Source of the DNA: a virus
Taxonomy: Duplodnaviria; Caudoviricetes
IMG/VR virus record: IMGVR_UViG_3300042935_001404
DNA length: 64,000 nt
Reading direction: 5' to 3' (one strand)
Part shown: in pieces, positions 19,417 to 28,095 of the stretch
Numbering within the stretch: the stretch's first letter is position 1
Layout of the letters: each line of letters begins with the position of its first letter
The notes under the pieces: generated by a model
The model's database searches: none
What the model was told of the DNA's origin: nothing
The model's input: the letters and a program-made list of their open reading frames with translations, nothing else
Position numbers and translations under genes: made by a program

Positions 19417-20105
19417 TATTTTCTATCTCCAAACAGTTGTAACAGATTGATAAACAAGTTGATAAAGTCCATGTACAAAGTCAATGCTCCGCGAATTTCT
19501 GCCGAGTCACTGGTTTCTACTGACAGTTCTTCACGAATCTTCTGTGTGTCGTAAGCAGTTAATCCCAGAAAGATAATGATAGCCAGTGCGGAGATCACCA
19601 TCTGCATCACGGTGCTGCCAATAAAGATGTTAACAATACTGGCAATCACGATGGCAATTAAGCCAACAAACATGAACTTGCCCATGCTGTCTAGACTTTG
19701 TTTGGTAAAGTAGCCATAGCCACTCATTACTGCAAACAAGATGCCTGCACCCATAAATGCTGACACAATACTACCCATAGTGAACACAGCAAAGATCATG
19801 GAAAAACTCAAGCCCATTAAGGCCGCAAATCCATGCAAGCATAACTGTGCTACGCCTTTGCTGGGATTATTACCTAGCACATAGCTGACACCAAAGATGG
19901 CCGCAAGTGGTGAAAAGATCACAATCCATTTTATCCAACCTGTAAAAAAGAATGCCAGTAACTCTGGACTAGATCCCACAAAGTAACTCACAAACATTGA
20001 TACAATCACAGCAAGACTCATGTGTCCATACACACGGCCCATTGCTGAATTAATTTCGCTGGCAGAACGATATGCAATTCCACCTGTATAACTTGTTCCA
20101 AACAT
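19416..20105 (-). CDS. Bax inhibitor-1/YccA family membrane protein
   Basis: Seven hydrophobic helices; AYDTQKI and GALTLYMDFINLF. Confidence 0.92.
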   Translation of the reverse strand: MFGTSYTGGIAYRSASEINSAMGRVYGHMSLAVIVSMFVSYFVGSSPELLAFFFTGWIKWIVIFSPLAAIFGVSYVLGNNPSKGVAQLCLHGFAALMGLSFSMIFAVFTMGSIVSAFMGAGILFAVMSGYGYFTKQSLDSMGKFMFVGLIAIVIASIVNIFIGSTVMQMVISALAIIIFLGLTAYDTQKIREELSVETSDSAEIRGALTLYMDFINLFINLLQLFGDRK

Positions 20106-20115
20106 GATTTTCTCC

Positions 20116-20739
20116 TTAAAATTTACCTGATGCCAATACGATTTGACAAATATGTTCTAATCGTTCAATGTGTTCAAATGCCCGCCACGGGCTTGTATCA
20201 ATGGCCACAACTCCGTGACCTTTGATGCCTACGATGTCAAAACCAATTGTGCCATCTTTTCTTAGCCAGAGATTTTCATGACAACGGTCTGCAAGCTCTT
20301 GACTGATAGGAGGTACATCTCCTACGTTCTTGGCCACTCGAGTATATCTACTTAGTTCTGGAAAGTCATCAACTATAGTGCTCAAGTCAATGCCGGCGTG
20401 CATAGCAGCCACACAGTATGTAGGATGTAAATGAACCACTACTCTAACATCAGTGCTGTGCTGACCCATTGCTCGTTGTAGGCCAAAATGTAGAGGAATT
20501 TCTCCGCTGGGCTTGAGATTGGCACTGATATCAGAGTAAGGCTCTTCTTTCCATGCCAAACTGCTTACAATCTTGATCTTCTTGAACTGGTCAGGTTGCA
20601 TGGTCTGCTTACGAACGCCACTGGGTGTGATATAAAAGTGATCACGGTCGTGATGACGAATGCTCACATTGCCATCACGACTGGTAATCCAGTTGCGTCT
20701 ATATGCTTCAACCAGTGTGTCGCATATAGTTTCTAACAT
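20116..20739 (-). CDS. Class II aldolase/adducin family protein (FucA/MtnB-like)
   Basis: DGNVS, ITPSG, KPSGEIPLH, VVHLHP, GHG. Confidence 0.88.
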   Translation of the reverse strand: MLETICDTLVEAYRRNWITSRDGNVSIRHHDRDHFYITPSGVRKQTMQPDQFKKIKIVSSLAWKEEPYSDISANLKPSGEIPLHFGLQRAMGQHSTDVRVVVHLHPTYCVAAMHAGIDLSTIVDDFPELSRYTRVAKNVGDVPPISQELADRCHENLWLRKDGTIGFDIVGIKGHGVVAIDTSPWRAFEHIERLEHICQIVLASGKF

Positions 20740-21278
20740 TACAGTGTCTCGCCACCAACTGTACGGTTACAAGCACAAAGCTCGCCAGTTTGTAGTGCAT
20801 CCAATACACGAAGTGTTTCTTCTGGGCTACGACCAACGTTCAAGTTGTTGACAGTAACGTGTTGGATAACGTTCTCTGGGTCAACAATGAATGTGGCACG
20901 AAGTGCGGCGCCTGCTGGAGCATAGAACACGCCCAACTGTTCAATCAAACTCAACTCACCACGCTGTGTGTCAGCATACTGGTGATGGGTGATCTTCTTT
21001 AGATCTGCGTGTGCTGTTTGCCATGCTACTTTGCAGAACTCATTGTCTGTGCTACCAGTGAGCAGGACTGCATCACGGTCAGCAAAGTCTTGTGTTAGTT
21101 TGTCGTAGGCTACGATTTCTGTAGGGCAAACGAATGTAAAGTCTTTTGGATAGTAAACGATTACTTTCCACTTGCCTTCAAAACTTGTTTCAGTGATGGT
21201 ATAGAAAGCGTCTTCTGGTTGTCCGGGCTTAACGCCTGTGACTGCAAATGGGGCTAATTTGTCGCCAACTGTTTTCAT
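20739..21278 (-). CDS. ahpC: Peroxiredoxin AhpC
   Basis: YYPKDFTFVCPTE, LRATFIVDP, GRSPEETLRVLDALQTGELC. Confidence 0.96.
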   Translation of the reverse strand: MKTVGDKLAPFAVTGVKPGQPEDAFYTITETSFEGKWKVIVYYPKDFTFVCPTEIVAYDKLTQDFADRDAVLLTGSTDNEFCKVAWQTAHADLKKITHHQYADTQRGELSLIEQLGVFYAPAGAALRATFIVDPENVIQHVTVNNLNVGRSPEETLRVLDALQTGELCACNRTVGGETL

Positions 21279-21382
21279 AATATCTCCTTTGTGTTGAATG
21301 AAAATGTTTGCAGAAGTTTTTCTGCATGTGTATATTGTACAGTTATTTACATGAGAAATCGACCATCTCTCATGGTTTCTAC

Positions 21383-21419
21383 TGAATATATTTCTATGGC
21401 AGCCATAGAAAAAATCAAT
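21383..21419 (-). promoter_or_regulatory. Candidate OxyR box upstream of ahpC
   Basis: ATTG-N7-CTAT-N7-ATAG-N7-TTCA versus consensus ATAG-N7-CTAT-N7-ATAG-N7-CTAT; TACAAT -10 at 21334-21339. Confidence 0.5.
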
Positions 21420-21424
21420 AAAGA

Positions 21425-21444
21425 AAACCCGCTAAAGCGGGTTT
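21425..21444 (-). terminator. Intrinsic terminator after the porin gene
   Basis: AAACCCGC-TTTA-GCGGGTTT followed by TCTTTT. Confidence 0.75.
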
Positions 21445-21464
21445 GAAATCTACGTTGTGTTAAA

Positions 21465-22490
21465 TCAGAAACTATGTGACAATCCAATGTAACTAGCTGT
21501 ACCTATGTTTGCAGTATCGGCTGCACCAGCGGCAGTTACAGCTTGCTTGGTATCTGATAAAAACGCTTCAAGTTTAGTACGCTTGCTGAAAGAATACACT
21601 GCGCGAACGCCTGTAACACCCTTCTTAGTGTTGGCAGCACCATTGGCACCAATGTTTACATTGTTAGACAACTTAGACAAAGACACATCTAACTTGGCAT
21701 TAACTGGAACTTTAATGCCGTACTCAGTTGACTTATGAGCTGCCATAGAAGTCAAATTGTCTTTTTGATTCATTTGGTTAACTGCAACTTCTGCAAATCC
21801 AAAATTGTAAGCGGCGTTGATAGTTTGCAACTTTTCAGCATTGAGACCAGTGATATTAGCAACTTGAGCTTTTAATCCTCCTGCTGAATAGTTAACACCA
21901 ATGACGTTCACATCATTCATCAACGTTGCTGTGGTTGTAGTGGCAAAACCATTGCCAGGGACCACTACATATTTGTTATGTCTGCCCTTGGCGTTTAATA
22001 AAAATACCTCTGCACCAGCAATCTTAGGCGAAGTGTATTGCACTTGTGCAGAATTGCGACCATAATTCAAGCCAGAATGGGTACCTTTAGACCAGTCTTG
22101 CATATAATGGCCGGCACCGTTTGTGCTGACCAACTGAGTAGAGAAACGACCTAATTTAACATTGCCGAACTTGCTATCCACAAAAATATTAGACTGTTCC
22201 CACAATTGAGTGTTGGCGTCACCAGTTGATGAATTAGCATATGACCCTTGTGCACCAGTTTCGGAACTAAAACGATTTTGTAAAAAAATACCAACTTTGG
22301 TACCACCGCCTAAGTCTTCAGCGGCACTAAAGTTTAAATAATTACGGTCACCTTTGGCAGCGCCAACGGTAGTAACTCCGGCAGCAGACCTTGCTACACC
22401 ATATTGAACCTGACCAGAAATTGTCACGGTTGATTGTGCAAGGACAGCAGTAGATACAGTCAATGCTAAGATTGCGAAGATTTTCTTCAT
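21465..22490 (-). CDS. Gram-negative general porin (Burkholderiales type)
   Basis: Signal peptide MKKIFAILALTVSTAVLA, VTISG, AAEDLGGG, YSFSKRT, C-terminal IGLSHSF. Confidence 0.9.
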   Translation of the reverse strand: MKKIFAILALTVSTAVLAQSTVTISGQVQYGVARSAAGVTTVGAAKGDRNYLNFSAAEDLGGGTKVGIFLQNRFSSETGAQGSYANSSTGDANTQLWEQSNIFVDSKFGNVKLGRFSTQLVSTNGAGHYMQDWSKGTHSGLNYGRNSAQVQYTSPKIAGAEVFLLNAKGRHNKYVVVPGNGFATTTTATLMNDVNVIGVNYSAGGLKAQVANITGLNAEKLQTINAAYNFGFAEVAVNQMNQKDNLTSMAAHKSTEYGIKVPVNAKLDVSLSKLSNNVNIGANGAANTKKGVTGVRAVYSFSKRTKLEAFLSDTKQAVTAAGAADTANIGTASYIGLSHSF

Positions 22491-22623
22491 TAGTTTTTCC
22501 TTTAGATTAAATTAAAATCAACAGATTGTCGACTTTATCAACAGACTGTCGATATAATATTTAGTCACGCAACATGATCCCTGACTTTTTGTCAACGAAA
22601 TCCATCAAAAATAGAGGTTCTGC

Positions 22624-23943
22624 TTATTGAGATCTTAACCACTGAATTAGTCGTCGATGTAAATTATAAAGTTTTTTACTAGATCCTGGATCTTGTTTTA
22701 ATATTTTTTTTCGTATCGCTCTTCGAAATATGCCACGTGGTTTTTTGACGAGTCGAAATGCATCTATAAAATTTGTTTTTAATTCTTCAATTACCTGTTG
22801 TTGAAATGCATCGCTAAAAAAATGTTTTTTGTTAAAATCCGCTATGCGTCTAATTTCTAGTAAAAATTGATCAAACTCCGGTGCGCCAAGAGAATTAATT
22901 TTATTCAGGCTGTTGATAATTTTTTCAAGTCTTAACAAACTATTTGTCTCTTGATCATAACTTTCGTCAATCCAAGGAGCAAATGTTCGAAATCCGTAAC
23001 TTCTTAGATATTCTAAACTATGCGGGCCTGCTGCCAACACAAATGGATGTCCGCAGGCAATTGGTCTCAGTATCTTTTCTGTCAAGTGAATTCTTGAGTC
23101 GTCAAATATAGTTTCCAAAACTACACTTATTGCAGTTGAATTAAAATCATCATGATTGTACTGTGCGCTTTCGTTGCTGTCACTGTGATTGTCTTCAAAC
23201 AGATCTAGTACAGTGCTGTCTTTGAGCGCAAAATTAATATTTTTAAATTTGTGGTCCCGGTAATGATACCCTTGATCGCCTTCGGACCGTCTTGATATAC
23301 TGATTTTACTTTGTTCATGCAATCCATGTTTGACCAACAACTCTATAAACTTTAATCTGTATTCTCTAGTGTTGCCCCAGGCACGATTGTATATTAGGAA
23401 TTTTTTACAAACTTGAGATTGCGTTGTTAGCCGAGTATCTATCTCGGCAAATCTATACCAGTCACGAGCAATAATTGCATGGCACCAATAATAAACTGGT
23501 AAAAAATTATTTTGAGAATACTGTTCTAAGTCAACAGAATTTTTTTCAGAATGCAGTAAAATTGCCTGTTCATAAAGAGATCCACACAACAATGGTATTG
23601 ACAATAAATTTTTATCAACCGCCGCTTGACTACTTATTTTGGCCACAGTGGGTTCGTTTAATGCAATGTGTAATGACACAGGATCAATATTTGTATAAAA
23701 ATTATAATGCAATGGCTCTTGGTCGTGTGCAACAACTGGAATGTTAATAAAATATGTTAGGCCGTCAACACCATTGGCGCCAAGAGCAGTCAATGCATCA
23801 AGATCAGTTAATGTATCAATATCAGTCAATGGTCTGAGGTCAGAAATATCTTTACTACCGTGAGGATAAAATCTGTAAAATGCTGTCGGAACAGGTATAA
23901 TCGATTGCACCCAGTGGTACAAATTGTCTAAGGGAATGTTCAT
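22624..23943 (-). CDS. Putative GT-B/GT10-like glycan-modifying protein, paralog 3
   Basis: ISVVLETIF...HLTEKILRPIACGHPFV...LRSYGFRTF...DESYD. Confidence 0.55.
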   Translation of the reverse strand: MNIPLDNLYHWVQSIIPVPTAFYRFYPHGSKDISDLRPLTDIDTLTDLDALTALGANGVDGLTYFINIPVVAHDQEPLHYNFYTNIDPVSLHIALNEPTVAKISSQAAVDKNLLSIPLLCGSLYEQAILLHSEKNSVDLEQYSQNNFLPVYYWCHAIIARDWYRFAEIDTRLTTQSQVCKKFLIYNRAWGNTREYRLKFIELLVKHGLHEQSKISISRRSEGDQGYHYRDHKFKNINFALKDSTVLDLFEDNHSDSNESAQYNHDDFNSTAISVVLETIFDDSRIHLTEKILRPIACGHPFVLAAGPHSLEYLRSYGFRTFAPWIDESYDQETNSLLRLEKIINSLNKINSLGAPEFDQFLLEIRRIADFNKKHFFSDAFQQQVIEELKTNFIDAFRLVKKPRGIFRRAIRKKILKQDPGSSKKLYNLHRRLIQWLRSQ

Positions 23944-23970
23944 GCCATTGGATTTTGTCTTTGAATAAAA

Positions 23971-24003
23971 GGTAATTTAATTCTGTTACGAGGATAAATT
24001 ACC
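23971..24003 (-). terminator. 3' hairpin/terminator of the tmRNA coding piece
   Basis: GGTAATTTA/TAAATTACC 9-bp stem followed by TTTT. Confidence 0.6.
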
Positions 24004-24280
24004 AAAAACCCTAGGCAGTGTTTAGACTGCCAATGCTTCCTTGGCTGTACGAGCAGAGAACTTGACGTTCTTACCAGAAACAGTTACGGTTTTGTTTACG
24101 TTTGCATTTACGTTTTTTGCTTGATTAACGGTCATCGCCTACCGTGCTGTCCACTTGTTTACTTGTTGCCCTGTCGAATCTAGTGCTCCCCCACCTAAAT
24201 ATACTGAATACATTTAGGTGGAGGAGGGGGGATTCGCACCCCCGTCCAAGACACTTTTCTCTTTGCTTCATACAGCAATA
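23971..24280 (-). ncRNA. ssrA: Circularly permuted (two-piece) tmRNA
   Basis: Acceptor piece (~24280-24217, T-arm GGGGG-TGCGAAT-CCCCC then CTCCTCC-A-CC) precedes a 24-nt spacer and the coding piece starting GGGGGAG-CACTAGATTCGAC (24192); G3.U70 pair; tag 24105-24022 ANVNKTVTVSGKNVKFSARTAKEALAV* with the stop codon in a hairpin loop. Confidence 0.92.
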
Positions 24281-24285
24281 ACTCT

Positions 24286-24293
24286 TATTTATA
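24286..24293 (-). promoter_or_regulatory. T4-type late promoter TATAAATA upstream of tmRNA
   Basis: Exact octamer about 6 nt before the acceptor piece. Confidence 0.6.
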
Positions 24294-24295
24294 AT

Positions 24296-24370
24296 TGGTT
24301 GCGGGGGAAGGACTCGAACCTCCGGCTTCCAGGTTATGAGCCTGGCGGTCTACCACTGACGTACCCCGCG
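24296..24370 (-). tRNA. tRNA-fMet(CAT), initiator-like
   Basis: C1:A72 mismatch, loop CT-CAT-AA; anticodon stem ends AGG/CCT rather than GGG/CCC. Confidence 0.88.
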
Positions 24371-24376
24371 ATAAAT

Positions 24377-24466
24377 TGGCGGAAGCGGTGAGATTCGAAC
24401 TCACGAGGGACGTTGATCCCTGCTGGGTTAGTAATCCAGTGCCATCGGCCACTCGGCCACGCTTCC
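24377..24466 (-). tRNA. tRNA-Ser with ACT anticodon
   Basis: Long variable arm, G73, loop TT-ACT-AA, A31:C39 mismatch. Confidence 0.85.
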
Positions 24467-24476
24467 TGCAGTTGTT

Positions 24477-24710
24477 TTATGGCAAAATTTCGCTAGATAC
24501 CACACCAGGTTGTGTGGCCGCCCAGTTCGTATATTCAGTTGCTTTCTCAAGTGTGGGCCATGTTCTTTCCCATATTGTATCACCGTTTTCGAGAGTTGTA
24601 AATGTTGGGAACTCACCCACGCCGTTTGGCCATGCTAAAGATATAAGAACATCTCTTGCCTCATTTGTCAATGAGGTTCCTGCTTCCACAACTATTTTTG
24701 TTTTAATCAT
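24477..24710 (-). CDS. Small hypothetical protein
   Basis: AGGA SD; stops 10 nt before tRNA-Ser. Confidence 0.6.
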   Translation of the reverse strand: MIKTKIVVEAGTSLTNEARDVLISLAWPNGVGEFPTFTTLENGDTIWERTWPTLEKATEYTNWAATQPGVVSSEILP

Positions 24711-24739
24711 AATATTTTCCTATAAAAAATCAAAGTATG

Positions 24740-25240
24740 CTAGAATTTTTCATTAACTTTAGCACGATAACTAGCAGTTGATAACCCTTTAAATCGATCT
24801 GCCGCATAACTGGCAGCAAATGCATTGGGTTTAACTGATGGCGTCACATTACATGTTCCTTTAATGTAGCCAACAGCCTGTGATATCACACAGCTCGACC
24901 CGTATTTATCGTCAGGATTGATATCTAAGTGCACCTCAACATGACGATTTTCCAACACTTCGCCCAATTTCAAATACAGTTCAGATACTTTGTAAACTTC
25001 ATTCATCAGGCGCATGCTTGGACGCGATGTTTTTTGATCAAAGTCCCGTTCGCGGTGTACTTCTCCAAACAGTTTGCAACCGTTGTTGCCGTTGATATGC
25101 ACCACAATGGCCACCACGTAGTCAGCATACCAAACACCGTTTACACGATGACGTTCTGAGTCACACCCAAGATAAATCTTAGTCTCAGGAGTTTGTTCTT
25201 CAATGAACCTTTTTACTTTAACAAGATTTATCTTTTCCAT
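24740..25240 (-). CDS. RNase H-like YkuK (DUF458) family protein
   Basis: KIYLGCDS, RLMNEV, EVHLDIN, FAASYAAD. Confidence 0.85.
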   Translation of the reverse strand: MEKINLVKVKRFIEEQTPETKIYLGCDSERHRVNGVWYADYVVAIVVHINGNNGCKLFGEVHRERDFDQKTSRPSMRLMNEVYKVSELYLKLGEVLENRHVEVHLDINPDDKYGSSCVISQAVGYIKGTCNVTPSVKPNAFAASYAADRFKGLSTASYRAKVNEKF

Positions 25241-25252
25241 AATATTTTACCT

Positions 25253-25337
25253 TGGTGCGGATGGAGAGATTCGAACTCTCACGATTTTACTCGCTGGAAC
25301 CTAAATCCAGTGCGGCTACCAATTACGCCACATCCGC
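25253..25337 (-). tRNA. tRNA-Leu(TAG)
   Basis: Class II cloverleaf, loop TT-TAG-GT. Confidence 0.95.
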
Positions 25338-25348
25338 ATTGTTTTTAT

Positions 25349-26284
25349 TTATTGACCGAGTTTTGTTGCAAATGATTCAAACATATGGTCCATGGTTTTG
25401 ATATTTTGCAAATCTAATTTGTAGTCACCAGACTTGCTGACCAGATGTTTTTGAACCAAGTCAGGCATGGCCAGTTTGATTGCTTGATTCAGATCCTTGA
25501 CAACTTGATCTCGCACTTCTCGGGGAGTGTCTTTTCTTATAAAGAAACTGTATCCTGCCACTAAGTTTTGGTAATCAGAGAATCCGGGACTTGTTAAATT
25601 AGGCAAATCTGGAAAGTCAGTTGACTTTTTGTTGTCAAACACAAACAGCGGTGTTAGTGTTCCGGCAGTGATGTGTTGATTAACATTGCCGTAGCTGATA
25701 ACAGCAAAGTCAAGTTGATTGTTTAAAATATCTACAATCACCTGAGGTATACTTTTGTAGTTGACCAAAATTCCGTTGACTTTCATCTTGTCTATGGCTA
25801 ATGATCCGTAAATGTGAAGAGGACTTCCTGTTATAGTGCTACCATATGTTAGTCCTTTTTGTTTGCCTAGTTCTGCCAGATCATTGAGATTCTTGATGTT
25901 TCTTTTGCTGTTGGTAACCAATACCCATTGTGGAGAATAGAAATGTGATACCGGTTCGAAATGCCGTTCGTAATCAAATCCTGTTGACGGTTTTGCACTG
26001 GCATAGGCAGTTGATGCGTAGAACAAAATTGTATGGCCATCGGCCGGGGCCGACAAGACATGTTGAGACGCTATGGCAGCGGCCCCACCTGGTTTGTTCA
26101 TTACCACGACACCGGATTTCCAGATCCCGTCTAGTTTTTCTGCCACAGTTCTTGTGATAAGATCAAGTCCACCGCCTGCTCCTGTGGGAACAATTAGTTG
26201 TACAGGTTTCTCAGGAAACGCTGATACAGAGACACTAACACTCATAACAAGTGCGGTTAATAATGTTGATACAATTTTCTTCAC
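25349..26284 (-). CDS. Bug/TctC tripartite tricarboxylate transporter substrate-binding protein
   Basis: Signal peptide, FPEKPVQLIVPTGAGGGLD, NKPGGAAAIA, APADGHTIL. Confidence 0.9.
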   Translation of the reverse strand: MKKIVSTLLTALVMSVSVSVSAFPEKPVQLIVPTGAGGGLDLITRTVAEKLDGIWKSGVVVMNKPGGAAAIASQHVLSAPADGHTILFYASTAYASAKPSTGFDYERHFEPVSHFYSPQWVLVTNSKRNIKNLNDLAELGKQKGLTYGSTITGSPLHIYGSLAIDKMKVNGILVNYKSIPQVIVDILNNQLDFAVISYGNVNQHITAGTLTPLFVFDNKKSTDFPDLPNLTSPGFSDYQNLVAGYSFFIRKDTPREVRDQVVKDLNQAIKLAMPDLVQKHLVSKSGDYKLDLQNIKTMDHMFESFATKLGQ

Positions 26285-26305
26285 GGTTGCTTTCTTTAAA
26301 ATTAA

Positions 26306-27439
26306 TCACGATCCAATGTCGTATTCCTTGCTCCAAATAAACGGCAAGTCATATAACATATTTTGCCGTTTAGTTCGAAATAGATTGTTATGCTTAAAAT
26401 GATTTACTAGTGTTGTTTGGGTGTATAGATTATATACGCCTTTTAAGAAGTTTGCGGCCTCAGGTCGTCCAGATCTTAGATCTTCAACCAGAAATCTACT
26501 CTCCGGTGATGCTGTCTCGATGTCTTGCCAAGAACCGGTTAGATTTACATTTGAAATTCCTGCTAAACGTTCACTTAGCACTTTCTGCGATCGACTCACT
26601 CCATAGTTTAATTCCTGGTGTCGCCCGCAATCTAAACTCATTTGTTCAAATCCTTTGGTGGTTTTTTTATAATTGGCCTCGGCTAGCCCGCCATTGTGTA
26701 ACTTTAGTTGATTTTGTTGAATGTACTTTTTAACATTGTTCTTGAACACATGACTTTGTTTAACAGCCAGCACTGTATCTAAAAAGAACGCTTCGATATG
26801 TGGCCTATTAAACCCTTGATCTAAAACCATTGCCAGTTGTCTACTAAACCATCGACCGTTTCTATAAACAAGTCTGGGTTTTTCGTACCCTGTGATGCAT
26901 TTGAAAGTGTGCCCGCTGTACTTTTGGTATACCGCATCTTCTGTTGTGGTAAATGGAAGATTAAAATATCTAACTAACTCTGTTCTCTTGCTATTAAAAA
27001 TCCAGTCTTCGCTGTTGACAAATGGATTGTGTTTGTTAGGTGCTCGGGCATCCAGCAACGTTATTTCGGTATGCGGATCCCAGTGATTCTTTTTTACCCA
27101 TTCATACGCACTGGTAGGGAACCATGCAAATTCTTCTGCGGCAGCAACAATTATCTCATCTAGGTGTATTTTATGTTTGGCAAACACATTGTAAATGGTT
27201 TGGCTGTCAAACCCACCACTGTAGTATAGCACTAATTTTTCGTATTTGTTCCTGAGCTCAAAGGCTCGATACGCCATTAAATTATCAAATGAATCAGTTG
27301 ATTCTGTAGTCCAGTCAACCTTATCGTATTGATCTTCGTTTAGATAGAACTTGACTGGATGACCAGTTTCAGTAGAGTTTATCCAAGCAAGATATACATT
27401 GTTATAAGGTTGGTTGTTTACAGTGTAAAAAGCGTTCAT
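26306..27439 (-). CDS. PP-loop (N-type ATP pyrophosphatase-like) hypothetical protein
   Basis: LVLYYSGGFDS motif; ITGYEKP. Confidence 0.55.
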   Translation of the reverse strand: MNAFYTVNNQPYNNVYLAWINSTETGHPVKFYLNEDQYDKVDWTTESTDSFDNLMAYRAFELRNKYEKLVLYYSGGFDSQTIYNVFAKHKIHLDEIIVAAAEEFAWFPTSAYEWVKKNHWDPHTEITLLDARAPNKHNPFVNSEDWIFNSKRTELVRYFNLPFTTTEDAVYQKYSGHTFKCITGYEKPRLVYRNGRWFSRQLAMVLDQGFNRPHIEAFFLDTVLAVKQSHVFKNNVKKYIQQNQLKLHNGGLAEANYKKTTKGFEQMSLDCGRHQELNYGVSRSQKVLSERLAGISNVNLTGSWQDIETASPESRFLVEDLRSGRPEAANFLKGVYNLYTQTTLVNHFKHNNLFRTKRQNMLYDLPFIWSKEYDIGS

Positions 27440-27455
27440 TTATTTTTAATTAAAT

Positions 27456-27531
27456 TGGCTCCCCAACGTGGGCTCGAACCACGGACCAACAGATTAACAG
27501 TCTGCTACTCTACCGACTGAGCTATTGGGGA
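27456..27531 (-). tRNA. tRNA-Asn(GTT)
   Basis: Cloverleaf, loop CT-GTT-AA. Confidence 0.96.
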
Positions 27532-27537
27532 ATACTC

Positions 27538-27693
27538 TTACTTGCGTTCTTTAGACGAGAATGATGCAGGTGTTGCCTGTGCGTCAATCATGGCTCTTTT
27601 AAATCCGTTGCGATCGTGTTGATCTTTAAACTTTAACAATGCCATCAATGTTTTTGTTCGTTTGCTGAGTTTAAATGTAGATGTTGTTTTCAT
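27538..27693 (-). CDS. 51-aa basic hypothetical protein MKTTSTFKLSKRTK...FKRAMIDAQ
   Basis: AAAGGA SD; stops 7 nt before tRNA-Asn. Confidence 0.65.
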   Translation of the reverse strand: MKTTSTFKLSKRTKTLMALLKFKDQHDRNGFKRAMIDAQATPASFSSKERK

Positions 27694-27744
27694 TTGTTTC
27701 CTTTGGGGTATTTATTTGGGTTAAATTGCGATATAAATATCTGT

Positions 27745-27930
27745 ATGCAAACGCAAACACAAGATTTTATTTCAGTTAGTGGACATCTACAAGTGCATCT
27801 GTCACTCAGTGAGTATAACACATCTTATATTTTTGTCAATGATATTTTCAATGATCGGCTAATTATGCGTTACTTTGGTGATCATGAATCTGCAGTCAAC
27901 TGGATCAAGACTCTTAAAGACCACTATTGA
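27745..27930 (+). CDS. 61-aa hypothetical protein on the opposite strand
   Basis: Preceded by TATAAATA at 27732-27739. Confidence 0.5.
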   Translation: MQTQTQDFISVSGHLQVHLSLSEYNTSYIFVNDIFNDRLIMRYFGDHESAVNWIKTLKDHY

Positions 27931-27938
27931 TCACATGC

Positions 27939-28014
27939 TGGGGAGAAGTATGGGAATTGAACCCATATTAACGGAATCACAATCCGTGGTGTTGACCTTT
28001 ACACTAACTACTCC
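27939..28014 (-). tRNA. tRNA-His(GTG)
   Basis: G-1:C73, loop TT-GTG-AT. Confidence 0.93.
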
Positions 28015-28018
28015 GTGT

Positions 28019-28093
28019 TGGTCTCGCTTGCAAGAATCGAACTCACATTCAAGAGGTAGAAGCTCTTTGTATTATCCATTATACTAAAGCGAG
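28019..28093 (-). tRNA. tRNA-Arg(TCT)
   Basis: Loop CT-TCT-AC, CCA encoded. Confidence 0.93.
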
Positions 28094-28095
28094 AA

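Noticed and set aside
24377-24466. Amber suppressor tRNA or stop-codon recoding
   Set aside because: CTA in the loop is out of register (U33 precedes ACT); long ORFs are intact under code 11 and TAG is used as a stop (for example at 16536)
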